NCBI GenBank assembly: GCA_002189035.1
Contig: CM007990.1
Span: forward strand, 1,302,001 to 1,366,000
DNA from: Utricularia gibba
Lineage: Eukaryota > Plantae > Magnoliophyta
Length of the DNA stretch: 64,000 bases
Direction of reading: 5' to 3'
Both the position numbers and the translations under genes were made by a program. This document shows, piece after piece, positions 52,308 through 64,000 of the stretch. The notes under the pieces are model-generated. The model had not been told where the DNA came from. It saw only the letters and a list, made by a program, of their open reading frames with translations, and did no database searches. Within the stretch, counting starts at the first letter, position 1. Each line of letters starts with the position of its first letter.

Positions 52308-53301
52308 CGCGCATGAAATCTGACGTCGCCGTTTCTGTTTTATTTCTCCAAACAGAAATTTGCTTCTTCTTCCCTTTTTTTTTCTCGTTTCCTGTTCTGG
52401 GTCGATCCCTTTCATGTAAAATCTCACTGTACATAGTGATTCCAATGCTAACTTCTTCTTTTCCAAGCTTCTGTCTTCAATTCAAAGCACCCCGATCACA
52501 AAGTGCAGCAGCTAAGACCTTCTGCAAACTGCGACGCATAAACTTCACACGTACTCGCAGTATACATCGCGTCAGCATAAATTCCCAATCTTAGACGAGG
52601 TTAAGGTCATTGGGGTCTCCGGTGCTTTCCATTCACCATTACAAAGTTACGTTTTGACCCCTGATGAGAAAAGCAGAAACCTTGTGCAAGAAGGATGCAA
52701 CTCTGCAGCACCCCTGAGCTCATCCCAATGCAACTCGATTTCTCAGGCAATGGAGATGGTGCTACTTCGCTCACATTGCAAGCTTTGTCCCACAAAATCT
52801 TCATTACCCTTTTTCTCACCTGACAACATTACGTTCCTTGTGCATCTTATCAATCCCACCACTCAGTAAGTGTATGTGCTGCTTCTTCGTTTTCTGATGG
52901 TTGATATCTCTGTTCATAATTCCGCAGGTTGCATTTCTCCCCTCAGTAGCCTAATCTCCAGATTTACAGAGTCTACTCAGTAAGCCTCTCTGTCAAACAG
53001 TGTTTTACCCGTCGCCTGGTTCACGCTGCGGCACTAGGAATGTTACCGAGAACTACAACCGATGATTGAGTTACTGCCAAATGAGAGCAAATGGGCCTGA
53101 CAAATCATCCGATTCCTGCCTAACAGGTTTTTTTCTTCAATGAGATACCATGTCTGAAAAACGATAATGCATCTACTTTTTTGAGATTGGAGACTCATGA
53201 AGAGAGTGAGTAGATGATACACACTTTCAATAGGCAATAACCTGGTTCCTCTCAATGCAGAAAAAACAGGGATTTTTTCGGTCACTAGAATCTGGAGAAA
53301 A

Positions 53302-54333
53302 TCATGCTTTTCCAGCCATCCTAATGGAGGGAATGCTAGCTTTTTTTGCAGTGGCTCTACTGAAGTACATGTAGTAATACACATTGAGAATCATGGTAGC
53401 CACAACAAAAACCGCACCCGCGATGAATATCCCCTTCCTCAGAGCCTCGCAAGAGAATCCATCTGCGTGGATGATGTCTCGGTACCTGGTGTGATAGCCG
53501 TTCGTCCTTGCACCGGAGATTAGGCATGCTTCAGACACTATAAATGTTACCCTGGAACAGACCAGAGATTCAGTTTTGGAGACTGAGGATCATGGAAAGA
53601 AGAAGAATTTGATGTATTACCATGAAGATAGAAAGTATATTATAGTCCAGGCACGGTTGCTACCAGGGGAGAGGGGCTGGCCAAAGCACATGCATCTTGT
53701 AACTCCCATGATAAGAGACTGGCTTGAAAGAGCAAACAAGACAGCCCCCACACCGTAACCAGAGGCAACATCAGAGTGGTAAACACAGTATGTCTTATTG
53801 CTGGATGCATCTGTTTGTAATGTGGCCTGCAGAGAAAGGAGCCATGAATCAAAATGCGAGTAGTGGAGGATCAAGCAGCAGCACATTAATGATGATTATC
53901 ACCCAGTTCAGAAGCTATCCAACGATTGAGATCCAAACCAGAGCACATGAATCCCGGTTAACCATTGCAGATCCAAGATCTCCACCCAGAAAACTCAGTG
54001 AAAATAAAAACAGCAAAATAGAGCAAGGACAATCTACCCCAACAATCAACCAACAAGTGGGAAACACCAACCACAGCACCTTTGGAAGCATGAAATCCCA
54101 ACGTGCCCATTTCTTGTAAAGGAGCAATCAAAAAGCAAGAAAAGTAAAAGCCACTCCAAAAATTAAACAAAACCCATCTCGAATCATAGCACAAAACAGT
54201 CAATGGTGAAGAAACAAAACACATAACTTACAGTGCTACGGCGCCGTTCAGCAGCGATGGCGAATCCAAATGCGGTTAAGGCGAGAACAATGACAAGAAG
54301 ATGAACAAGGGACGACCCTTTCTCATCCGCCAT
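53302..54333 (-). CDS. DUF1218 membrane protein (At1g13380 / MODIFYING WALL LIGNIN-like)
   Basis: Exons 54333-54232, 53826-53621 and 53551-53302 are in phase. Motifs AFGFAIAAERRRST, YCVYHSDVASGYGVGA and SCEALRKGIFIAGA. Confidence 0.92.
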
Positions 54334-55959
54334 TCCAAATTTCCAAGTCCCTCCCCCTTCCAGCAACGGATTGTTCAGTAAAAAAAAATGCAATACCTCC
54401 CTCTTGAGTACGCCGAAGCTTGCAACATTAGCAGCAACATCAAAATAGGTTAAAAGATTTTAGAATAGGATGGAATCCAGGGGGAGGCCCACGCGGAACA
54501 CCGCGCGTCTAGGGACGCGCACTTTGGATTTCTTTCTTTCTTTTTTAAATCATTCTTAGCTCAGAAAAGTGATCAATTTCAATTTGTTTCTTACGCGTTT
54601 AGATTACTGTTGAAAAATTATTATATATTGAAAATTTAAATATATTTAGAAGTATTTTTTAAAAAATATTTATTATAAAATTAAAAATTGATTTTATAAG
54701 GAAATTATATATTTACCTATATTTATTAACCAAGTAAAACCCAACGAAAGTAGTGAAAATTAAAACAAAATTAAAAAAAAAAAACCAACACTCTTTAAAC
54801 CACGAGGTGCCCTTTCCTTGCTTTCTGCTTTTAGAGAGGAGAATATAATGGATAAAGCACATTTTTTGTAATAAAGTATCTATTTCCATTTTGATTTCTT
54901 TAGTTATAATAAAAATTATATAAAATATATTTTATGTTATAAACTTAATGCAAATAAATTCAATTTTCCTATGTATAGTTTTAGTCCTACTCTACACATT
55001 ACCTTAAGTTGCTATTTTAGAATTCGATACTCATCATATATGATATTGTTCGTTTCAAACATCAAATCTTTTCAATTTTATATTTTCTTTATCTTTTACC
55101 TATCTATCCAAAAGTTCATTAGATCAAGCATGCTTAGTTTTAGAGTTTCTATAAAAGAATCTCTATTGTAATCGAGAAAAAGTTTCGTGCAAGATTTGTA
55201 TGATCATTTTATTCAATTTCATCCCCTACTTCATTCATAATCAACTTAGATTCGCGTAACCCCCACACCAATGCCCCATCCCACCCCACGCTTTAGTGTG
55301 AGTACTGTGTGTAATAAAGACCGTAATTAGAATATATTCCTTTTCCGGGGCATCAATTTGGCCTCGAATTCCTCATAAAATGACAACACACACCCACAAA
55401 AATAACTATTCACTTCTATCCCCACAACCACTTTCAATATTTAATTATCATGTATTCAACTCTTTTTATAATAAATTTAATCTGTATAAATTCATTATAA
55501 AAATATTATAAAGAATACATTATCCAACATATAATGTTTCTAAATTTAAGTTTTCTTATTTTTAATTGATTAAGTACTAGATATAATTAATAATTATTAA
55601 TGAAAATTTTCATTAAATTTTTAAATATTCAATGACTACTAATGCTAATTATTTCAAATACTACCAATTGCCCTTTGGAATTGAATTGCAAATTCTAAAA
55701 ACTGGCAATAGAATCAACAATTTAATAGTATTTAACAAACGCCCCCTCAAGGTTCAGGTATTCACAAAAGTGAACCGGACAACACTCACACGTCTTTTGA
55801 ACTTTGAAGACGACCCTATGCTCAACGGGGCCCACTTGCGCCCGCCTAAGATGACCCGATTATTGTCTTGTCTCGAATACTGCGATTATCTTACACAGTT
55901 TCACAAATCCTCGTTAATTACAATTTAGACCCACATTTTTCCTTTATTTACACACACCT

Positions 55960-56345
55960 CTACGCCAAGGCGGCGATGCCCATTTTGCCGCAGTCGAACC
56001 CTTCGATTCTGACCGCAGGGCTGTTTCCGAAGCTGGACCGGGGACACGATTTCTCGTCGCCGAAACGGGCGTCTTGGATCACGGGGTTGGCGACTCGAAC
56101 TGGAGGAGACCCGGCGAAAAACGGCGGCGAAGGACCGGATTGATCGGATTCGCAGTCACCCTGATGGAAAAGATATCAACTTTAATCGCCTGTTTCAAAA
56201 TAAGAGACTCAAAATCAACAGATGAACTTTTAAATACCTTGAGCAGGAATATCTCCAGCAATTCATCGCTGGCCGCAGCGAAAAGAGGTACGACACGGCG
56301 GGGCTTCGGGCAAACGACGTTCTCCGGTATAGCGTAGATCGTCAT
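55960..56345 (-). CDS. Small plant uncharacterised protein, At1g13390/At1g68490-like, 102 aa
   Basis: Exon 56345-56238 (VVCPKPRRV...ELLEIFLLK), a 77-nt intron, and exon 56160-55960 (SPPFFAGSPPVRVANPVIQDARFGDE...PAVRIEGFDC...AALA*). The second exon is not shown in this frame by the ORF track. Confidence 0.88.
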
Positions 56346-57117
56346 TTTTTCCCCCGCTTCTTGATCTCAGATCCTCTAACTGTTGAAAAAACAGCTACAA
56401 ATCAAAATTGGAACAGATCTGCGCATACCCAACAAAAGAAAACTCAAACCAGCAAACCCAGAAAGGATTCGGGTCACCTCCTTTTACCTGAAAAACAAGA
56501 GAAAAAGGCCCTTCTCTTCGATCCCTCCCCGTTCTGCGAGCAGGAGGAGGAGGAGGAATGGAGGGATCTGGGAGGTGTGGAATTTATATATACACGTGAC
56601 GAATTCAGAGTGGAGGAGGACTTCCTTGTCGGCCAGCTAATTAATTTTTTGTGCGAGGGGGGGGGGGGGACACTTTCTCCATCCGTATCAACATTCAAAA
56701 CAGTTTTCCCGGGTCGACCCGTTTGAAATCACAGAATTTAAAACGGGTCGGGTCCACTGCCCGCCGGGTGTTGTGGCAATTAATTTGTGTAATTTTTTGA
56801 CTTTGTATGATGAAGGAAAATGACGGAAGGCCAAGGGAATTGACAAACAAAAATAAATAAACAAAGTTGGATGTCCATTTTTGTCATGAACAATTATGAC
56901 TCCCCCTCTTGACATAGAAAACGGTTATTTGTCAAATTGACAGTTGCTTGCATTTTTACTTCGCGGTAAATGACAAAAAAGAAAAAAAAATGGTTACTTG
57001 TCCATTTGCACCAAAGTCTATGCCACCAGAATCCCACATCATTGGTTACAAGGATGACTCTATAACGGAGTTTACTTGATATAAAACTCTAATATAATGT
57101 ATGGTTGATGTAAATGA

Positions 57118-57177
57118 GATAAAATGGATTTAATTTATTTGAGTTTAAATACAATTGATGTATTGGGATTAATTTTT
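57118..57177. repeat. Dispersed AT-rich repeat family, copy 2
   Basis: Closely similar to 32303-32362 in the same orientation. Confidence 0.65.
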
Positions 57178-58041
57178 CAAGTAGTGTTTAATTATTAGGA
57201 TTAGAAATGAGATTAATTAGTTTTAAGTAAAATAAATGAAGGATGTGACTTTAAATAAATCCATGTGCATATGATTAAAAAAACTCTATAATCTCAAATT
57301 TGTTTAAATCTATCAATTGAGCATCTTATAATTTATAATCCTTTTTTTAAACTTATATAATTCCATAAACCAAACAGAAACAATCTCAAGATGGATGATC
57401 ATTTTGGTTCAAAAATGAAGAAAAAAAATGTAAAATCAAAAAAGTTAAAATTTTACATAGAGATAGTAACCAGGGTTTGGGATAATTTAAAAATCTGACC
57501 TACTTTTCATGTGTTTGAAAAACTAACCACCTATGCTATAATTTTTTCATTCCAAATTTGTAAAGTAATTGTCTACTTGATTAGATCTCAAATTTAATCC
57601 ATCTTTCTAAAACCCTGATGCTCCATTTTTTTTCTTTCTTAATTTTTGTAATTGTAGCTTTAGGATCCAAATCAAAATCTTTCCATGATCATAAAAAGGA
57701 TGATTCAAAAACTACTTTTCTATAATATATGTAAAAAAATACTATTTTTTATCTTAATATATGAATTTGTAGGTATTCAAAAAGCTTTTAGAGTAAAAAA
57801 TCATTAAGATTCTTGACTTTTTACCCCCTATAGTTTGATTAAAAAAAAGCTTTAACTACAAAAGATCTTAGGGGGATGTAAACATAGTCAAAATGATTGA
57901 ATGCGAAATTTAGGGGCAAGAAAGCTATGGAGGCCAATCAAATCCCAGCGGTCCACTTCCATGATTCCATCTATCTAACTTGAGGAGTTGTCCCCAAGCA
58001 CTTAACCACCTTGTTACAGCAGGAAGGAGAAGGGGAGGACA

Positions 58042-58445
58042 ACATCCTCCCCTTTAACTCAATGCCATGAATCCTAGAAGAATATTTCTCCTAGATATTG
58101 TCTACTGAAGCAAGAGTAGGAAAAAATGGAAGGGAATATGAGATGGATGGGAACTTTGCATGTCTTCCTTGAGAAAAATCAGTTTACATGTGGATTGTAG
58201 TGATGAGGATTAGGAAGCTGTGGTACCTGATTCAGAGGAAGCACATCCCCCTCTTTAACACAATGCCATGAATCCTAGAAGAATATTTCTCCTAGATACT
58301 GTCTACTGAACCAAGAGTAGGTAGAAAAAATGGAAGGGAATATGAGATGGATGGGAACTTTGCATGTCTTCCTTGAAAAAATCAGTTTACATGTGGATTG
58401 CAGTGATGAGGATTAGGAAGCTGTGGTACCTGATTCAGAGGAAGC
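58042..58445. repeat. About 200-bp tandem duplication covering the RPL15 stop codon and 3' UTR
   Basis: Copies at 58042-58242 and 58243-58445 differ by several substitutions and small indels. Confidence 0.95.
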
Positions 58446-60117
58446 TGCCCTCTTCTTAGCGAAATATGCTTCAGCACGAGCGAGGTTCTTGGCTACGGAT
58501 GGTTTTACCCACTTCCTCCGGCCAGGTAGAATTGTCATGGAGCAGCCGGCTTCTTCGAGTTTTGCCTTTGCTGATGCGGAGAAGGCGCGGGCCTTGAAGT
58601 TGAGCTTCGTGCTGAGTTCCCCATCTCCGAGTATCTGCGGCAACGGTTGAGAGTTCACAGTGAAACTGAAGAAAATCTTGATGGTGAAGTAAATGGGAAG
58701 CGAGTGTTGCCTTAAGTGGCAGCCTCCTATCTCTTCCGGAAGGTTTGATGAGGCCCCTTTGCTTCAATGACTCCAGTGAAACTTCTTCTCCTTCTTGGAA
58801 TCCAGCTTCTTCTATATCCTTCAAGTTGATGGGGACATACTTGGGCAATCCGGCATGCATCCCTGAAAGATTCAACAGGATTAGAAAGTTCAATTGTCCT
58901 GCTAGAAATCAGTATCTTCCGTGGGTTGCGTTGAACCAAGATGAAGCATAACAAAGCAGTGAAAGAAATCTAATGGGTTGAAATAAAAGAGCCATGAATA
59001 CAGGATGAACTTAATACAACGAAACACTCAAGATTACAATAATTTTAGAGCCATAGTTTCGGAGCTACATTAACCAACTACAAGTCATGGATGATGGAAG
59101 CCTACCACATAACTACATAAAGCCACCTACAATCTGGCAACAAACAACTCGACTTCTAGTGTTTATCCAGCTTTAATAAAGGTGCTGTATACCCCAATTC
59201 TTCTTCAAAACGTTCAACACAAGGAGCCCTATGAAAAGCTTTCGGTATTTCAATATCTTATCCCACCATATGCTTTCGACACTCAACGAACTGTACTTGA
59301 TGCAGAAGCCATAACCATGATACAGTCTTACAACATGGAACATCATGATTTCCCAAAATAATCCAGAAACACTCGAGAAATAACCTTCAACATTCTCATT
59401 AGCACCTTCAAAAACTCTACTTTGTTTTCTGGGACAACTAAATACTTCAGTGAAAAAAGAAAAACTGGATAAACCGTCATCATGCGAACACTTAAAGCGC
59501 CAACCTTGCAATAATCATTGTATTAAAAAAAACAACAAATAAAGAAGATATGCAATTCAGAGAAACAAGCATTACCCCAGCAATCCCTCTGAGCTTGGGA
59601 ATCCTTCGGTATAAAGGCATTTGTCCACCTTCGAATCCCTTACGAACACCAGGCCCAGACCTCGATTTCTGACCCCTCATACCGAATCCACAGCTGCCCC
59701 CTTGCCCAGCAGCATGACCACGCCCCTTTCTTTTAGCCGTCCTCCTCGACCCTGGCTGCGGACCTAAGTTATTCAGCCGGAACCGCACAGCTTGCGAACT
59801 CGCAGCATTTTCTTGCACTCCAGAAGCAGCGTCAGCTGCACAGTGAACTACAAGGGAGTGTCCCCTACTTATTTCCTGATTCTTAAGCTTAATGACCGGA
59901 ACCAGAAATGGCTTCGGCTTCAATGACCTCACATTCCCCTATTTGATAGACAACTCTTTAAATCATCCACCGGTGCAGAATTCAAGCAGAGGATTTCCCC
60001 CCTGACTAGGATAACGGAAGAAATCCAGTTCATTACCTGAAAATCCGAAGCCAGGCGGCGGCGCGGCAAGGCTCCGGTCGGAGGAGCAGGCGTGGATAGA
60101 AAGAGCACTGAGGCCAT
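58413..60117 (-). CDS. RPL15: Plastid 50S ribosomal protein L15, with one GC-AG intron and an apparent 1-nt phase defect at the exon 2 donor
   Basis: Exons 60117-60037, 59938-59576, 58862-58711 and 58634-58413. Motifs [55 protein letters not shown] and [19 protein letters not shown]. Confidence 0.92.
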
Positions 60118-60814
60118 AGAAGGAGATAGGAAGGGGGATGCGTTTTGCTATTTTTCTTATTTTTAGTTAATATTTATTTTCCTTGTTTTACTTGGACTCC
60201 CATTTGGGCCAACGAAACCCATAATCGGGCCTGAAATCACAATGCATTTGCATCTCCATAGGCCCAAGAGAATAATTAAAAACAATACCATACATAAATT
60301 TACTTATTTTTTCAATCAAAGATGCACTAACTAATTATTTTTTAAAAACAATTTCTGCAACATACTTATGTTTTTGTAAATCATTAATTTTTATCTAAGT
60401 TAATTTTTTATATATACAAATTTAAACAATAAATTCTTATTAATAAACTTTTGAAAAGTTGATTAAATTTAACTGATTTTTATTTAAAAAAAGAAATCCA
60501 TTTCTCAATGTTTGAAATTTTCAACAAAATTTGGAAATCATCATATTCTATTTAGGATCAACTTATATCAAATCCTACTCCACGATATAATTTTTGAAAT
60601 GACATTTTCTCATGTAAGTAAGAGCATTTCATCTAAATAATATCTGCTTGATATAGTAATAAAATACTATTAATAAAATCACACCTGAAGACAACGGCGG
60701 GGTCACGACAGCGCGCCGCCGACGCATAATGACACACAAATGGGACTTGACGTCGCCAGAAACTATGAGCATGATTTTTTTTACAGCGGTAAACGGCCAC
60801 CTTTTACCATACTG

Positions 60815-63800
60815 CTACTTGCCTCCCTTCCCGTAGGTGTCCCTCAGCGTCACGATTCTATTGAACACCAGCTTATCGGGACTGGAATCACTATCAACAG
60901 CAAAGTAACCTGAAACAGCCACCACACTCACACATCAGCGTTCTATGCAGCAAACAAGAGCAATGATGGCTTCCTTGAATGGTCGGTTTAATGAGTTTAC
61001 CTATGCGTTCAAACTGGAATCTGTCTCCAATGGTGGCATCCTTCAACGAAGGCACTGCATATGCATCTCTTATGACAACCTTTGAGTGCGGATTGAGATC
61101 ATCGAGCCAGTTTTCAAGCTCGGCCGGGTTCTGTGGTTCATATGCAAAAGTTTTATGGTATCACACAGGTTAGAGAATGAAACATGAGCTGAGGAAACAG
61201 TGAAATGATTGAAGAGTCCCCACCTCAGAGTTGAAGAGTTTGTTGAATAATCTGACTTCTACCTTGAGGGGGTCTACACCGGGTGACGCTTCAGACACCC
61301 AGTGGAGAACGCCCTGAAATTTAGAAAGAATAATCTAGAAAACTGCGATTCATGATGATACTCATGTGAGGAAATTGTTAGATTGGGGACCTTGGGTTTG
61401 GAGGACTTTGTTGGATCATAAACTGCTCGAATCTCAAGGATAGTCTCTCCATCATCTCCAAAAACTGCTTCAGTGCACTTGATAGGGAAGGCGTACCTTT
61501 ACAGAGATAAATCATCCTAGGTAACTTGTATCACATATTCCAAAATAAATATAATGCAAGAAATTCAAGCGATCCAATGCACCTCAGGAGTACAGATTTC
61601 CCGGGAGCAAGTCCATAGTAATCTTTTGAATCTTTCATCCGAAAATCAGATTGCTCAATGTATACAACTTTTGAAAAGGGTACCTTAGAAATACATGAAG
61701 ATTACGGTTGCCGTCAAATGCAGCAAAAGGAGATGAAATGAGGATGTTAATAAATTCCATTTCACCTTGTAAAAAGAGGACGGATCTTCAGCAGGTAGGT
61801 TGGGCCATTTCTTTGCATCTAGTTCTGATATGGAGGAGGCATCCAAGTTTGTAATGACAACCTTGAATAGAGGAATTCCAAAACATTGATCCCAATGAAT
61901 AATGTTTGTAAATGTAACATACAAGACAAACATGGAGCTAATGCAAGAGTGACTACTCCGAAACATGACTGTTGAATGTGTGAATGCTACCTTTAGTGGG
62001 TTCAGAACAACCATAATGCGAGGAGCTGTCCTATTCAGCTCCTCTCTTATATGGGACTCCAGGAGCTCTATCTGCACCAGACTAGAGTCACTGCAACACA
62101 AAGGCTTAGAAGTCAGATGTTTGAAAAGAAACCCTCAAAATGGAACAAAAATATAAGAAATAGGACCTTCTAGAAATGCCAATTCCGCGAACAAATGAAT
62201 TTATGGAAGAAGCAGTTACACCTCTGCGCCGTAATCCAGCAAGTGTCATCAAACGAGGGTCATCCCAGCCGTCAACATACTTTTCCGTGACTAGGCGGTT
62301 TAACTGCAGTATCCACGAGTAAATAATGGTTACTTTCAGAGGAAGAATCTACATGAAGTTGAAATACTAATCATTATAATTCTGACTATATGATTCACCT
62401 TACGCTTGGACATCACTGTATTGGTGATATTCAGTCGAGCATATTCCCATACGAAAGGCTCATAAAGACCCAGAGCATCTAATAACCAGTAGTATGATGC
62501 TCGCCGGGTCTCAAATTCTAATGTGCAAAGCTGCCAGAAGAAGTTTAATTGAAAAAAAAAAAAGATCTAAAGGAACTCATCAGTTCCTAGGAAGATGAAA
62601 TTTGAGAGAGCTGCATGTAATCCCAAAACGTGCATACCGAATGAGTTATGTCTTCAAGGGAATCAACTATACAATGTGCATAATCATAGCTTGGATAGAT
62701 ACACCATTTGTCTCCAGCGTGTGGGTGAGGGACGAACTACACATGTAAAGCCAAAAAAATTAATATTCTAACGAGCTATTCAACTAACAACATGCTTCAG
62801 TTAAAATGCACACCTTAATACGATAAGCAATCAGGTCATACATATTAAAATTATCACTCTGCATATCCTGCTTCATGCGCAGTGTTGCCTTGCCTTCCTC
62901 AATCTTGCCCTGCTTCATCTCCTCAAACAAGTCTAGAGACTCTTTGATTGGTCTGTCTCGCCAGGGACTGTTCATCTTCTTGTCTCTGTACTCTTTTATC
63001 TCATCTGGTGTCTGCACGGGAGAAGCACATGATACCCAACAAAAAGATGCGAAGTTTTGCTTCAAGTCAAAAGAAAATATCTAAATAGCTGAGATACTTG
63101 ATTATGGCTATAACCAAGACATGCTTCCTAAAAGAAAATTAAATAAACAAAGCATATAGGAGGAAAATGAGATCGACATTTGGAAACACACCTGGTGATC
63201 AACATAAGCAAAACCTCTTCGTATAAGTTCTACGGCCAACTCATAAAGTTCTTGGAAATAGTCGCTGGTATAAGTTATCTAGAATTTGAAAAATATCAAA
63301 ACAGATTAAACATCATCGATGATGCTGAGTATATTAGCGGCTTCTCAATGAAATAACACCTTAAAGGGCTTCCATCCCATCCAGCTAACAATTTCTTCAA
63401 TATGATCAATGTACTCCTTTTTCTCGGCTTCTGGATTAGTATCGTCATACCTGAGGTGCTATTCATCAGTAACAATTTAATCAAAAGAATTATTTTTTCG
63501 TCAATTGAAAGAATGTGAGTGTCATCCAAAGCACAATAAAATTTTGTAAAAGGTTGCTTTAATGGAAACTCCATAGGAATTTTATGCAACTAAAAATTCT
63601 TACTATTCAAGTCTTTCAAGCCAAGGCATAAATCCTTATTTAGTACCTCAAATAGCAGGAACCATCTCTATCTTCAGCGAGTCCAAAATCGACAAACATG
63701 GCCTACAGGGCAAGGCTTTTTTCAGTTATTTTTTTAACAAACACCTCAGACATCAACTGAAATAACCTTGGCATGGCCTATGTGTAGATATCCATTTGGT

Positions 63801-63919
63801 TCAGGAGGGAAGCGAGTGAAAACTTTTCCTCCAGTGCGTCTCAAGTGTTTTTCAAGAACTTCCTTGGAATTACAAGCCCTGAGAACAGGGCGATCGCTGA
63901 AGTGAATCTCTGTATGAAC
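60815..63919 (-). CDS. OVA9: Glutamine--tRNA ligase (5' part lies beyond the right window edge)
   Basis: Fifteen in-phase exons from 63919-63767 to 60909-60815. Motifs [61 protein letters not shown] and FQFERIGYF. Confidence 0.95.
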
Positions 63920-64000
63920 CTGCCAACCAAAAAGGCAAGTTCAGAGAGTTGCATGACATTTACAAGATGGAGAAAAGGAAAAAGAAAATGCAAGCGTGAC

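Noticed and set aside
52585-52870. VSGAFHSPL motif resembling malonyl-CoA:ACP transacylase
   Set aside because: An isolated short match with no surrounding similarity or exon structure.
5632-59578. Programmed ribosomal frameshifting or RNA editing as a shared mechanism for the broken genes
   Set aside because: The genes are unrelated, share no slippery heptamer or downstream structure, and one defect is at a splice donor. Sequencing error is far more parsimonious.
1-64000. CRISPR arrays, rRNA, tRNA genes, autonomous transposons or organellar insertions
   Set aside because: No regularly spaced repeat-spacer array, no cloverleaf-forming sequence, no transposase/RT/integrase ORF and no recognisable plastid or mitochondrial DNA was seen.

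Overview
Gene-dense nuclear euchromatin from a core eudicot; the AP1 gene carries the euAP1 C-terminal motif, which is restricted to core eudicots. I reconstructed 19 main protein-coding genes by hand from GT-AG junctions and reading phase: an ankyrin protein (partial), an extracellular LRR protein, an ELM2/SANT protein, a LAG1-type ceramide synthase, SOFL, a PPR protein, a gar2-related/BASL-like protein, AP1, BIG GRAIN-like, SOG1, plastid PDC E2, an ACD11 homolog, an At1g13360-like protein, two CRF-type AP2/ERF genes, DUF1218, a small At1g13390-like gene, plastid RPL15 and GlnRS (partial). One CRF gene also has a spliced peptide uORF. The intergenic DNA is AT-rich and holds MITE-like elements and small duplications. 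I found no CRISPR array, rRNA, credible tRNA or intact transposase, and no evidence of a new multi-gene system. Main observations: (1) seven frame breaks in six genes, each repaired by adding one base to a homopolymer, most likely long-read consensus error; (2) AP1 lacks the canonical intron 6; (3) the BIG GRAIN-like gene has an intron flanked by a CAGGT direct repeat; (4) the CRF gene has an MRLRPKR uORF; (5) RPL15 has a GC-AG intron and a 200-bp tandem duplication of its stop codon and 3' UTR; (6) an AP1 promoter module is recognisable. Homolog names come from recalled Arabidopsis sequences; no database search was run.
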